Positions 1 to 9,643 of a stretch of DNA of 64,000 nt are shown in pieces. Position 1 is the first letter of the stretch, and each line of letters begins with the position of its first letter. The position numbers and the translations under genes are program-made. Origin of the DNA: an uncultured Pseudomonadota bacterium (GTDB lineage: Bacteria > Babelota > Babeliae > Babelales > CAIQNR01); contig CAZMYL010000002.1 of assembly GCA_964570505.1 (NCBI GenBank), positions 53,414 to 117,413 of the forward strand. Direction: 5' to 3'. Under the pieces are notes generated by a model. It worked only from the letters and a program-made list of their open reading frames with translations. It ran no database searches and was not told where the DNA came from.

Positions 1-99
1 CTCTTCTCGTTCATCTTATTCTATGCCAATGCCATCTCCTGAAGACGTATACGAATAATTTTGATCAACATATACATCCATCTATAAAGGAGTAATGTA

Positions 100-906
100 A
101 TGTTTGCATCAATTCTTTCATTGGCAACAATGATGCAAAGTATGTTTTTTTCTATTGGATCATATGTTATTTCTGCGCTTGATACAGTAGGCAGTTTTTT
201 TCTTTTTATGTGGGGCGTTATTAAAGTCGCTTTCACCTCTAAATTGCGAGTTCATCAACTCTTTGAGCAAATGCTTACCATTGGAGTAGAATCTTTAAAT
301 ATTATATTACTTACAGGATTTTCTACTGGAGCTGTACTTGCATGGCAAAGCTATATTGGATTTAAACGCTTTGGAGCAGAGGATTTTATTGGGCCAGTAG
401 TAGCTTTAAGCTTAATACGAGAGCTTGGACCTGTTTTAACAGGACTTATGGTAACTGGTCGTGCAGGATCTGCTATGACCGCAGAACTTGGAACTATGAG
501 CATTACAGAACAACTTGAAGCACTTCAAACGCTCTGTATCGACACTAATCAGTATTTAATGGTTCCTCGCATACTAGGAGCAACAATAATTATTCCATTT
601 TTAGCTATATTTAGCATGATTTGCGGAATTATTGGTGGATATTTAATTTGTGTTAATGTTTTATTTATTAATGGCGAACAATATATTTCTGGTATTAAAA
701 CTTTTGTAGAACTTTCAGATATTACCGGGGGACTTCTTAAGGCTGCTGCTTTTGGATTTATATTCTCTGCAGTTGGCTGCTATAAAGGTTTTTATACTTC
801 TGGCGGAGCAAAAGGTGTTGGTCTTGCAACTACTCAAAGCGTAGTTATAAGTTCTATTTCTATTTTGATAGCAGACTACTTTCTAACAACATTATTATTT
901 AAATAA
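100..906 (+). CDS. mlaE: ABC transporter permease, MlaE/YrbE family (lipid asymmetry maintenance)
   Basis: The ORF is 268 aa and multi-TM. An aaggag RBS at 87-92 precedes the ATG. The MlaE-like block GPVLTGLMVTGRAGSAMTAELGTM is present. The partner ATPase gene follows directly. Confidence 0.85.
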   Translation: MFASILSLATMMQSMFFSIGSYVISALDTVGSFFLFMWGVIKVAFTSKLRVHQLFEQMLTIGVESLNIILLTGFSTGAVLAWQSYIGFKRFGAEDFIGPVVALSLIRELGPVLTGLMVTGRAGSAMTAELGTMSITEQLEALQTLCIDTNQYLMVPRILGATIIIPFLAIFSMICGIIGGYLICVNVLFINGEQYISGIKTFVELSDITGGLLKAAAFGFIFSAVGCYKGFYTSGGAKGVGLATTQSVVISSISILIADYFLTTLLFK

Positions 907-922
907 CTTCAGGAGTTTATTT

Positions 923-1720
923 GTGATAGAACTGATAGATGTTCGCAAACGTTTTTCTGATGACGGTGATTGGATTACCGATGGAGTTAGTCTCACTATC
1001 CCAACAGGACAAGCAACATGTATAATAGGCAAATCAGGAGAAGGTAAGTCGGTTCTTTTAAAGCAAATTATAGGTCTTATAAAACCATCCTCTGGAAATA
1101 TTTTAATTGATGGTGTTGATATCACAAAGCTCTCAGAAGATGAGCTTAAACATATATTTAAAAAAGTAGGTTATGTTTTTCAATTTGCAGCATTACTTGA
1201 CTCTTTGACTGTTTTTGAAAACGTGGGACTTCCTTTATTAGAAAAAGGAGTTCCAAAAGAAGAAGTGCTTCCAATTGTTAAAGAAAAACTAACATTAGTT
1301 AATCTTTCTCCAGAAGAAACAATGCATAAGTATCCTTCAGAAATTTCTGGCGGTATGAAAAAACGAGTAGGTCTTGCAAGAACACTTGTAGTAAACCCAA
1401 AAATAATTCTATACGATGAGCCAACAACCGGATTAGACCCTATAACAACACGCATCATTCATGAATTAATGTTTAATACTCAAAAAAAATTAGGAATTAC
1501 TACTGTTATAATTTCTCATGATATTGAAATTTTTAAGTATGTAGACAACGTAGCGCTTCTTAATGAGCGTAAAATTCAATATGTAGGTGATGCTAAAACC
1601 ATTTGGGAATCAGATAATCCTTATGTGTACCAATTCATTAGAGGTCTTACTAAAGGGCCAATTCAAACAGAACGTACTAAAGAAGAAGTTCCTAAGCGTA
1701 AGCGACCTTCTTGGAGATAG
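923..1720 (+). CDS. mlaF: ABC transporter ATP-binding protein, MlaF-like
   Basis: The ORF has a GTG start. It carries Walker A GKSGEGKS, ABC signature SGGMKKR and Walker B ILYDEPT. It lies 17 nt after mlaE. Confidence 0.85.
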   Translation: MIELIDVRKRFSDDGDWITDGVSLTIPTGQATCIIGKSGEGKSVLLKQIIGLIKPSSGNILIDGVDITKLSEDELKHIFKKVGYVFQFAALLDSLTVFENVGLPLLEKGVPKEEVLPIVKEKLTLVNLSPEETMHKYPSEISGGMKKRVGLARTLVVNPKIILYDEPTTGLDPITTRIIHELMFNTQKKLGITTVIISHDIEIFKYVDNVALLNERKIQYVGDAKTIWESDNPYVYQFIRGLTKGPIQTERTKEEVPKRKRPSWR

Positions 1721-1735
1721 TAATACTTTTTAAAC

Positions 1736-2065
1736 CTATTCTTCTCGTATTTCTCTTTCAAGAGAAAAAGCAAAAAGTGTGCGTACCGCAACTAAAGCAA
1801 CAAGAATTATAAGTGATTCATAATCACGAGCAATAACCGTATAAATAACATCGCTTGCTACCATAAATTCAAGCCCTAACAAAATATATTGAGCAAGAAG
1901 AAAACGCGCTTTTTTATATAAATCTGCGTTAGACTCAAGATTTAAAAAAAATGATGGCATAAGTAAAGCTCCACATCGTGCAAACCCAACAACTACAATA
2001 ACTACTCCAACTGTAGAAATTATAACTTCAAGAAATGACAGTAAAGCATGAAAAAGAAAAAACAT
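1736..2065 (-). CDS. small integral membrane protein (DUF1622-like)
   Basis: The ORF is 109 aa with 3-4 hydrophobic helices. The C-terminal pattern LGLEFMVASDVIYTV...VRTLFAFSLEREI resembles DUF1622. The family call rests on my memory of the motif only. Confidence 0.55.
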   Translation of the reverse strand: MFFLFHALLSFLEVIISTVGVVIVVVGFARCGALLMPSFFLNLESNADLYKKARFLLAQYILLGLEFMVASDVIYTVIARDYESLIILVALVAVRTLFAFSLEREIREE

Positions 2066-2089
2066 AGTGACTCCTTTTTTAAAAATTAT

Positions 2090-2608
2090 TTATTCAAAAT
2101 CTTTATAAAGCAAACTTGGCTGCACATCGTTATTATTTTGATATTTATTACTTTTATAACCTTCATATTCCCCTTCTAATGTGTGATAAAAAATCTGACA
2201 AATTTCTACATTTGGATAAATTCTAATCGGCTTAATACAATACATTTCAAGTGTCCAGTACCCTGCAAACCCAACATCACCAAATCCAGCAGTGACATGT
2301 ATAAAAAGCCCAAGTCTGCCAATAGAGGATCTTCCTTCAAGCATGGGAACGCAATTCTCTGTTTTTGTATACTCAACTGTACGACCAAGATACAATGTAT
2401 GCTGGTCAAGAACTAAGCCATCTTCAGGAATAATAATTTCTTTTACTGAGTTTGGGGTTTTCATGTCGAGAATATCATTTTCATAAACCAAGAGCTTATT
2501 ATGAAGTGATAAATTATAGCTATTTGGTCCAACTTTTTTATTCTCAAATGGTGTAATAATTATATCTTTATTAAGTCGTTTTTTAATTTCTTTTCCTGAT
2601 AAAATCAT
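2090..2608 (-). CDS. dcd: dCTP deaminase
   Basis: The ORF is 172 aa. The N-terminus MILSGKEIKKRL... and the blocks GRSSIGRLGLFIH and GFAGYWTLE are typical of Dcd/dUTPase-fold deaminases. Confidence 0.85.
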   Translation of the reverse strand: MILSGKEIKKRLNKDIIITPFENKKVGPNSYNLSLHNKLLVYENDILDMKTPNSVKEIIIPEDGLVLDQHTLYLGRTVEYTKTENCVPMLEGRSSIGRLGLFIHVTAGFGDVGFAGYWTLEMYCIKPIRIYPNVEICQIFYHTLEGEYEGYKSNKYQNNNDVQPSLLYKDFE

Positions 2609-2788
2609 AATACTTCCTTAAATCTAAGTAATAGCATGCCAATATTTTTTACTATACCTAAGCAATTAAAAATAAAAATATCTGATCTTCAAATTTATTA
2701 ATGCAAAAATTGTATAATATATTGCGAATTTTACCCTTTTCTATACATTGATTATTGTTAAATAGTAAATACGACAAAGGAGATTACT

Positions 2789-3781
2789 ATGCAAACAATA
2801 CAATCATTTGAACAAAAAAATATTGATTTAATACAGCAAAAAAGTGAATTATTTCAAAACCTTGTTAAACAAGTATCTCAAATAGTTATAGGACAACAAG
2901 AAGCTATTACTTTTATTCAATTAGCGATTCTTTCCAATGGACACATTTTGCTTGAAGGTGTTCCTGGTGTTGCAAAAACAACACTTATTAAATCTGTAAA
3001 CAAAGCACTTGGACTTTCTTTTTCTCGGATACAATTTACTCCTGATTTGCTTCCTGCAGATGTTATTGGAACATTAATCTATAATCCTAAAACACAAGAG
3101 TTTTCAACAAAAAAAGGTCCAATTTTTGCAAATTTAGTACTTGCTGATGAAATAAATCGAGCTCCTGCAAAAGTACAATCTGCTTTACTTGAAGCTATGC
3201 AAGAACATCAAGTAACTATCGGTTCTGAAACATTTCATATTGATGAGCCATTTTTAGTATGCGCAACTCAAAATCCAATAGAACAAGAAGGTACTTATCG
3301 CTTGCCAGAAGCTCAAATAGATCGCTTTATGTTTAAAATTATTATTAGTTATCCAGAAAAAAAACATGAGCGTCAAATTTTAGAAAAGCATCTTTCTTGT
3401 GAAGGAATTAACCAAATTATTACAAAAGAAGACGTTTTTACGGCACAAAAACTTGTTGAAACAGTTTATGTGGATGAAAAAATAAAAGATTATATCGTCG
3501 ATATTATTTTTGCTACAAGAAATGCCGTTTCATATAATTTAAAAGAAATTTCTATGTATATAGAATGCGGTGCGTCTCCTCGAGCAACACTTGCATTGCA
3601 GCAAGCTGCAAAAGCATATGCTTTTTTAAAAGGAAGGCATTTTGTAATCCCAGATGATATAAAATTTATAGCTCCATCAGTTCTTCGTCACAGAATCTTA
3701 TTATCATACGATGCTGAAGCAGAAAGTGTTACAACTGATACAATTATTAATAAAATTTTATCTTCTTTACCAACGCCTTAA
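2789..3781 (+). CDS. MoxR-family AAA+ ATPase
   Basis: The ORF is 330 aa with a ggaga RBS. It has Walker A GVPGVAKT and Walker B LADEINRAPAKVQSALLEAMQE, followed by ATQNPIEQEGTYRLPEAQIDRF. Confidence 0.9.
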   Translation: MQTIQSFEQKNIDLIQQKSELFQNLVKQVSQIVIGQQEAITFIQLAILSNGHILLEGVPGVAKTTLIKSVNKALGLSFSRIQFTPDLLPADVIGTLIYNPKTQEFSTKKGPIFANLVLADEINRAPAKVQSALLEAMQEHQVTIGSETFHIDEPFLVCATQNPIEQEGTYRLPEAQIDRFMFKIIISYPEKKHERQILEKHLSCEGINQIITKEDVFTAQKLVETVYVDEKIKDYIVDIIFATRNAVSYNLKEISMYIECGASPRATLALQQAAKAYAFLKGRHFVIPDDIKFIAPSVLRHRILLSYDAEAESVTTDTIINKILSSLPTP

Positions 3782-3812
3782 AAAATATAAATATCTTAAC
3801 TAATATTCAGGC

Positions 3813-3842
3813 TTGACATTGACAAGATTACCTAGGTATTGT
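3813..3842 (+). promoter_or_regulatory. candidate sigma70-type promoter of the secretin operon
   Basis: TTGACA (3813-3818), an 18-nt spacer, then TATTGT (3837-3842), about 35 nt upstream of the 3878 ATG. This is a pattern match only. Confidence 0.35.
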
Positions 3843-3877
3843 GTTTTTCACATGAATAATGAAAAGGATTTTTTGGT

Positions 3878-5041
3878 ATGAGACATCCACTGTGGATAAT
3901 AAATAGCTCGCTTGCAACACTTTTATTTTTAAGCCTAGGTTTTATATTTTTTACACGTCAGGAATTACCTAAAAAGAAAAACTCTCCTAAGCAATCACCG
4001 GGTCAAGCGCCTATAAAAAAAGTTGAAGCGATTTCACTATCAAAAATTTATGAGAATGATTTATTTGATACTGTTAAACAACCAATACCAGAATTACAAC
4101 AACCAGAACATCTTAAAGAGGCTCCACAACCACCAGCGCAAACACAAATTATAATACCAACAGAACCGGAACAACCCCTTCTTCCACCGCTTGGTCTAAC
4201 ACTTAAAGGAGTAATGATCATCAGCGATGATAGTAATAACATTGCCATGATTGCTGACAATTCAACTTCAAAACAAAAAAATTACAAAGTTGGTGATATG
4301 ATCCAAGACGCTCAAATTATTAAAATATTTTCAAATCGAGTTGTATTGATCAGGTCGAACGGACAACAGGAATCTCTCTTTTTAACTGAAAAAGATATGA
4401 AAAGCGATCCATTGCTAATTAATGAAAAGGAGCGTTGGATTGATGTTGTATATAAAATGGATGATGGAGTTTACAAAGTTGATCCAGAAGCATTTCAACA
4501 AGCAATTCCTAATCTTTCATTATTAATTGATCTTTTTGATATAACAACAGTTTATAAAGAAGGAAAAAGTTTTGGATGTCGCATAGGAAGTATTAATCAT
4601 AGCACACTGGCAACATCATTGGGATTTGAAAATCATGATATTATAACAAAAGTTTTCAATCTTCCTATAACAACTGTTAATGAAAAAGTAGAAGCATACA
4701 AAGCTGTTGCAGGCTTAAAAAAGGGCGATATGTTTAAAATAGAAATTTTACGCAATAATAAGCCTGTTATTTTAATATATAAAATTGATGATTTGCAGGA
4801 TTCTCTTTTTAAAAATATAGAAAAAACTTCTAAACTAAATACAGTAGTTGCAGATAAAACAGGAATACTTGAAGGACCTTCTCCAGAAGAACTTGAACAA
4901 CAAAAAATAGCGCTCTTAAAAGAAAAATACCAATTTGCTCCAACCATGCAAGAAATAATCCTTGAACAAAAAAAAGCAATGATGCATGAAGCTCAAGAAA
5001 AAAGATTGCAAGATTTCTCATTTTCGGATGAAGCACAATGA
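3878..5041 (+). CDS. gspC: type II secretion protein C-like (TM, Pro-rich linker, HR-like domain, PDZ-like domain)
   Basis: The ORF is 387 aa. It has the N-terminal TM WIINSSLATLLFLSLGFIFF and the P/Q-rich linker PELQQPEHLKEAPQPPAQ. The HR-like block is LTLKGVMIISDD...YKVGDMIQDAQIIKIFSNRVVLIRSNGQQESL. The PDZ-like block is GCRIGSIN...LGFENHDIITKV...GDMFKIEILRNNKPV. Its stop overlaps the secretin start (ATGA at 5038-5041). Confidence 0.6.
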   Translation: MRHPLWIINSSLATLLFLSLGFIFFTRQELPKKKNSPKQSPGQAPIKKVEAISLSKIYENDLFDTVKQPIPELQQPEHLKEAPQPPAQTQIIIPTEPEQPLLPPLGLTLKGVMIISDDSNNIAMIADNSTSKQKNYKVGDMIQDAQIIKIFSNRVVLIRSNGQQESLFLTEKDMKSDPLLINEKERWIDVVYKMDDGVYKVDPEAFQQAIPNLSLLIDLFDITTVYKEGKSFGCRIGSINHSTLATSLGFENHDIITKVFNLPITTVNEKVEAYKAVAGLKKGDMFKIEILRNNKPVILIYKIDDLQDSLFKNIEKTSKLNTVVADKTGILEGPSPEELEQQKIALLKEKYQFAPTMQEIILEQKKAMMHEAQEKRLQDFSFSDEAQ

Positions 5042-7572
5042 AAATAAAATTAATAAAAAAATTAAAAATATCTCTTCTTTTTTCAGTATACATTCTTGCA
5101 CAAGCATCATCGGAAAATAGAAGCCTGTTGGCAAATTTAACACCTCAACAAAACACTCCATCTTTTATAAGTAATCCAATTATAGGAGCACCAAGTTCCA
5201 CAAGTGCTCCAATAGCGCCTGCTCAAAAAACAACTGCTGAAGAAAACAAAACTTTAAACACGCAAGAAATGTTGCCATTAAAAGATCAAAAGACTGAGCA
5301 AGAAGTTAAATCAATCGAAAAAAAAGACCATGTATTACCTTTGCCAGAACCAAAATTAGATGTAAAAAATGAATCAACAAAATCAAAAATAAACATATCA
5401 AAAGAAGATATCAGCAAAGATCAAATTATTCGTTTCTACTTTGAAGACGCAACGCTAGAAAATCTTGTTCGCTATATGGAAAAATTATTTGATATCAAAT
5501 TTTTTGCAGATGACGATATAGAACCAATGCCACAAGGTGGATCTGTTTTAAAAGGTCACAAAATAACTTTCAAGACTAATCAACCTCTTACTCGAGATGA
5601 AGCATGGAATCTATTTCTTAAATTTTTAGACATTGCTGGCCTTACTGTTGTTCCAACTGAAAGAAAAAAATTCTACTACATAACATCTGTAACCAATGCA
5701 AATAGTGAAGTTCTTGTAACATATTTTGATTCAAAAATATCTGATATTCCTGATAATAGTGGAAAAATACGTTACGTATTTTTTATAAAAAACGCTCCTC
5801 TTGCTACTATACAAAAAGTGATCAATTCATTTTCAAGCAGCACTGCCAAAATAAATGTCTTTCCAGAGCTTAATGCAATTATTGTTGTAGACAAAGGTTC
5901 TATAATTCGATCAGTTCTTAATATTGTTAAAGAATTTGATAAAGAAGTCCCTGAGTGTATGAGTGTATTAAAACTCAAAAAAGCAGATGCTCAGGATGTT
6001 GTAAAACTTTACACAGACTTAACTAATGCAGAAAGTCCTCAAGGTGTTGGAAAAATGTTTTCGGCAAAAGCTCAATCAGAATCAAATTTCTTTCCATCAA
6101 ATGCTCGTGTTCTTGCAGAACCTCGAACTAACTCTTTAATTATATTAGGCAATAGAAAAGCAATAAATAAAATTGAAGAGTTTATAAAAACTACTATCGA
6201 CACATCACTAGACCTTCCTTATTCACCTCTTTATATATATGAACTCCAATACACTCAAGCTGAAAACATGCAAAGAATCTTAACCTCTGTTGTTGATTTT
6301 GGATCTTCAACCGCCGCTGGGCAATTTGGTGGCGTAAGAGATGGAGATCAATATTTTAGACCCATGACGATTACAGCAGATACTGATGGAAATAGGCTCA
6401 TTATAAAAGCAGAAGAAGCTGATTATTTAAAACTTAAAGAAATGATTAAAAAGCTTGATGTTTTACAGCCACAAGTTGCAATTGAAGTTTTAATTGTAGA
6501 CGTTGAAGTAACAGATGAAAAAGAACTTGGTGCTCAAATTCGACAAAAATATCCTGCACAACCTTTTCCAAATGCTCAATTTGCAACAAGTGGTATGCCT
6601 GGTAATGGTTACCTTAATCAAGCAGTAATGCCAGAAACTGGATCGTCTTTGCTGGGTAATTTAATTGCTCTGGCACAAAATCAAACAGCAGGGGCAACGC
6701 TCCTTTCATTTGGTTCAGAACTTACCGGCGGTGTATGGGGAATGTTAAGAGTGCTTGAAACATACGGAAAAACAGATGTTATTTCTAATCCATTTTTATT
6801 AACAACAAATGGTTACACCGCTTTGGTAGAGCTGGGAACGACTCGTCGTATTAATACTTCTACATCACTTTCTGCTGGTGCGGCACAACAAGGTTTCCAG
6901 CCTATTACTGCAAACCTGACTGTAACTATTAAGCCTCAAATTAGTACTGATGGGGCTATTCAAATGGGCATTTCCATAAACATGACTGACTTTAGCAGTG
7001 AAGCGATTACCGATGGGAATACCAATCAAAAAATTGTACAGACGGCTGCAATTGTTAATGATAAAGAAATTTTAGTTCTTGGTGGGGTAGTTAAAACTTC
7101 CACAGCTGTATACATGTCAAAAGTGCCAATACTTGGCGATATTCCTATTATTGGATGGCTGTTTAGAAATAAACAAAAAATAAAAACAAAGAGTAATTTG
7201 TTAATTTTCATTTCTCCTCGCATCATTTACAGCAACACAGAAGAAGGCGCTAAAACATATACTCAATCAAAAACAAAAACTGTTAAAAATATTATGGACA
7301 GTTCAATTATTAGCAGCGGCAAAAAAGACCCTATTGATAATTCATTTTTTAATGAAAGTGACAGTGGTGGTAGCGAGTTTGCTTTCTTGAACAATCCTAC
7401 ACCTCACGAACATTTATATGATGCAAAAAGAAAACGACGAAGAACTCCAGAAGAACGGAAAAAAGCAGTTTCTGAAAATCAAACAGAGAAAAAATTATCA
7501 AAACGACAAATGCGCAAAGAAAGAATAAAAGAGCGTCAACTTCAGAAAAAGCAACAAAAGGGGCATGCATGA
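5038..7572 (+). CDS. gspD: secretin, GspD family (paralog 1)
   Basis: The ORF is 844 aa with a signal peptide and a linker of about 100 aa. The N0-like block is IRFYFEDATLENLVRYMEKLFDIKF, and the N-domain motif is AEPRTNSLIILG. The secretin core reads QPQVAIEVLIVDVEVTDEKELGAQ ... ILVLGGVVKT ... VPILGDIPIIGWLFRNK ... LLIFISPRII. The C-terminal tail is very basic. Confidence 0.9.
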   Translation: MKIKLIKKLKISLLFSVYILAQASSENRSLLANLTPQQNTPSFISNPIIGAPSSTSAPIAPAQKTTAEENKTLNTQEMLPLKDQKTEQEVKSIEKKDHVLPLPEPKLDVKNESTKSKINISKEDISKDQIIRFYFEDATLENLVRYMEKLFDIKFFADDDIEPMPQGGSVLKGHKITFKTNQPLTRDEAWNLFLKFLDIAGLTVVPTERKKFYYITSVTNANSEVLVTYFDSKISDIPDNSGKIRYVFFIKNAPLATIQKVINSFSSSTAKINVFPELNAIIVVDKGSIIRSVLNIVKEFDKEVPECMSVLKLKKADAQDVVKLYTDLTNAESPQGVGKMFSAKAQSESNFFPSNARVLAEPRTNSLIILGNRKAINKIEEFIKTTIDTSLDLPYSPLYIYELQYTQAENMQRILTSVVDFGSSTAAGQFGGVRDGDQYFRPMTITADTDGNRLIIKAEEADYLKLKEMIKKLDVLQPQVAIEVLIVDVEVTDEKELGAQIRQKYPAQPFPNAQFATSGMPGNGYLNQAVMPETGSSLLGNLIALAQNQTAGATLLSFGSELTGGVWGMLRVLETYGKTDVISNPFLLTTNGYTALVELGTTRRINTSTSLSAGAAQQGFQPITANLTVTIKPQISTDGAIQMGISINMTDFSSEAITDGNTNQKIVQTAAIVNDKEILVLGGVVKTSTAVYMSKVPILGDIPIIGWLFRNKQKIKTKSNLLIFISPRIIYSNTEEGAKTYTQSKTKTVKNIMDSSIISSGKKDPIDNSFFNESDSGGSEFAFLNNPTPHEHLYDAKRKRRRTPEERKKAVSENQTEKKLSKRQMRKERIKERQLQKKQQKGHA

Positions 7573-9068
7573 TCCATAACATATTTTTACCTGAAAAAAT
7601 TAATGATTATTATCTTTTTAAGAAAAAGATTGTTTCATTTACCTTTTCAAAAGAAACTGTCTCAGCTCTATGCGTAACATTACATGCACGAACAAAAGTT
7701 ATAAATGAAATCATCACAGAAAAAATTTTATATGATAATTATGAAACAGCTGATCTTGCATTACTTAACACAATTAAAAAAATTATTGATGCAATAGGTT
7801 CATACACAGAGGTAATAGTTGTTATAAACAGTGATCATGCAATTTTTAAAGAACTTACTATACCGCTTTTAGACGAAGAAAAAATTAGTCAAGTTGTAAA
7901 ATTTGAGCTTCAAGAATATTTGCCTTTTTCTGTAGAAAACGCAGTTTTTGACTTTATAATAACTAATCAAAATAAAGATACACAAACTTCAGATATTTTT
8001 ACTGTAGCATTACAAAAAGAAATAATTGATACATATACACGATTATTTTTAGAGCTTGAAATTAAAGTTGATACTTTTTCAATTGATGCATTTGATATAT
8101 ATGGTCTTTTTTTATCAACTAATAATACTATTGATGAAAAAGCAAAATTAATTGTGTCATCAAATGAAGCAAGAACCATAATTTTGTATCTTGAAAAGAA
8201 TATACTTAAAAAAATAAGAGTTTTAACAGAAAGTTCTAGCCTTAATAATACAGACAACAATAATGAAGATTGGTGGCAAAATATTAATTTTACGCTTGAA
8301 TCATGCACTCAAAATTGGACAGGCGAAAAAGAGATTGTTTTTCTTGGGACTTATTCATCAGAATTTATAGATAAAGCCACATCACAATTGAATGTTCCTT
8401 GCATTTATAACGATATAAAAAAAATTATAGAAAAATTTTCAATCGAAATATTAAAAGAAGATGACAAAGATGTAATTTCGCTAGCAAATCTTGCTGCATC
8501 GCTTGATTTACCATTAACTGAAAATTTCAACTTACAAATTACAACTAAAAGTGCAGATCTCTCAAAAAATGTCGTTATAAATTATGCCACCATAACAACG
8601 CTATTAATTATTATATATACATCACTTTGTCTTGATGCTTTTTTTGAAATAAAAAAATTCAAAAATGAATCAGAAAAAATTAAAACGAGTATTGTTAAAG
8701 ATTTAAAAGCTGCATTACCCTCGCTTAAATCAAATTCAGCTTCAGAATCTATCAGAAAAGCAAAAACAGAAATAGCAAAAGAAGAAAATATTTGGTTTGC
8801 ATTTTCAAGCCAAACAAAACATTCATTTTTAACCTATTTATTTGAATTAAGCACAATGATAGACAGAGAAACATTAGGGCTTAATCTTAAAAAAATGACC
8901 TTTAATAAAAATGGTATTATTCTTGATGGTAATGTACGAAGTTTTGATGCAGTAGAAGAATTAATTAAACAATTAAAAAATACAAACTTATTTGTGCAAG
9001 TGCCAAATCTACAAAAAACAGAATTTTCTATGCCTCTTACACTTATAAATCAAGAGGAAAGATCATGA
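7569..9068 (+). CDS. bitopic assembly-platform protein, GspL-like or PilM-PilN-fusion-like
   Basis: The ORF is 499 aa. It has a cytoplasmic part of about 330 aa, a single TM (VVINYATITTLLIIIYTSLCLDAFF) and a C-terminal part of about 140 aa. It has ATGA overlaps with both neighbours. The call rests on topology, size and position, not on a recognised motif. Confidence 0.45.
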   Translation: MIHNIFLPEKINDYYLFKKKIVSFTFSKETVSALCVTLHARTKVINEIITEKILYDNYETADLALLNTIKKIIDAIGSYTEVIVVINSDHAIFKELTIPLLDEEKISQVVKFELQEYLPFSVENAVFDFIITNQNKDTQTSDIFTVALQKEIIDTYTRLFLELEIKVDTFSIDAFDIYGLFLSTNNTIDEKAKLIVSSNEARTIILYLEKNILKKIRVLTESSSLNNTDNNNEDWWQNINFTLESCTQNWTGEKEIVFLGTYSSEFIDKATSQLNVPCIYNDIKKIIEKFSIEILKEDDKDVISLANLAASLDLPLTENFNLQITTKSADLSKNVVINYATITTLLIIIYTSLCLDAFFEIKKFKNESEKIKTSIVKDLKAALPSLKSNSASESIRKAKTEIAKEENIWFAFSSQTKHSFLTYLFELSTMIDRETLGLNLKKMTFNKNGIILDGNVRSFDAVEELIKQLKNTNLFVQVPNLQKTEFSMPLTLINQEERS

Positions 9069-9631
9069 TCAATATATTTCAAAAAATACATGATTATCTT
9101 TATACACTTGACACTAAAGATTTTTATAAAAATATAGGAATATTTTTAGGAGCAAATGTTTTAGTTTGCGCTTTTATTATGTATGCATCTTTAACAACTA
9201 TTGCTTCATATAAAAATTCACTTCAAGAAGATTATAAAAAAGAACAAGAGACAGCACAATTACTCAGAAGGCTTGCAAAAGTAAAAAAACAAAGTGAAGA
9301 AATAAATACAATTTTAGAACAAGAACCAACATTTAGAATTAAAAATTTCTATGATGACACTATAAAAAAATTAAACTTAGAAGCACATCAACGTCGACAA
9401 TCAGAAGTTTCTGAAGAAGATATACTAAGCGGACGCTATACAGAAATAAGATTAAATGCATTGTTAAATGGAATCGACACTCATCAATTATGTAACTTAC
9501 TACAAACTCTAGAAGAAAAAGATCGTATTTACATGAAAGAGCTCGTAATAACAAAAAAAGATTCTTTGATTGATGTTAATATTACAATTGCAACATTAAC
9601 ATTAGAAGATAATAGAAAAAAAGCAGTTTAA
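9065..9631 (+). CDS. GspM/PilO-like bitopic membrane protein
   Basis: The ORF is 188 aa. It has the N-terminal TM IGIFLGANVLVCAFIMYASLTTIA, a K/E/Q-rich coiled coil and a small C-terminal domain. The call is based on operon position between the L-like gene and the second secretin. Confidence 0.4.
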   Translation: MINIFQKIHDYLYTLDTKDFYKNIGIFLGANVLVCAFIMYASLTTIASYKNSLQEDYKKEQETAQLLRRLAKVKKQSEEINTILEQEPTFRIKNFYDDTIKKLNLEAHQRRQSEVSEEDILSGRYTEIRLNALLNGIDTHQLCNLLQTLEEKDRIYMKELVITKKDSLIDVNITIATLTLEDNRKKAV

Positions 9632-9643
9632 AAAGGTTTTATC

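Noticed and set aside
21-236. A 71-aa minus-strand ORF at the window start.
   Set aside because: It is antisense to the mlaE RBS and 5' coding region, has no RBS or recognisable motif, and mlaE is well supported.
3891-3899. A perfect DnaA box (TGTGGATAA) at codons 5-7 of the GspC-like gene.
   Set aside because: It is a single 9-mer inside coding sequence (H-P-L-W-I-I). One such match is expected by chance in 64 kb of two-stranded AT-rich DNA.
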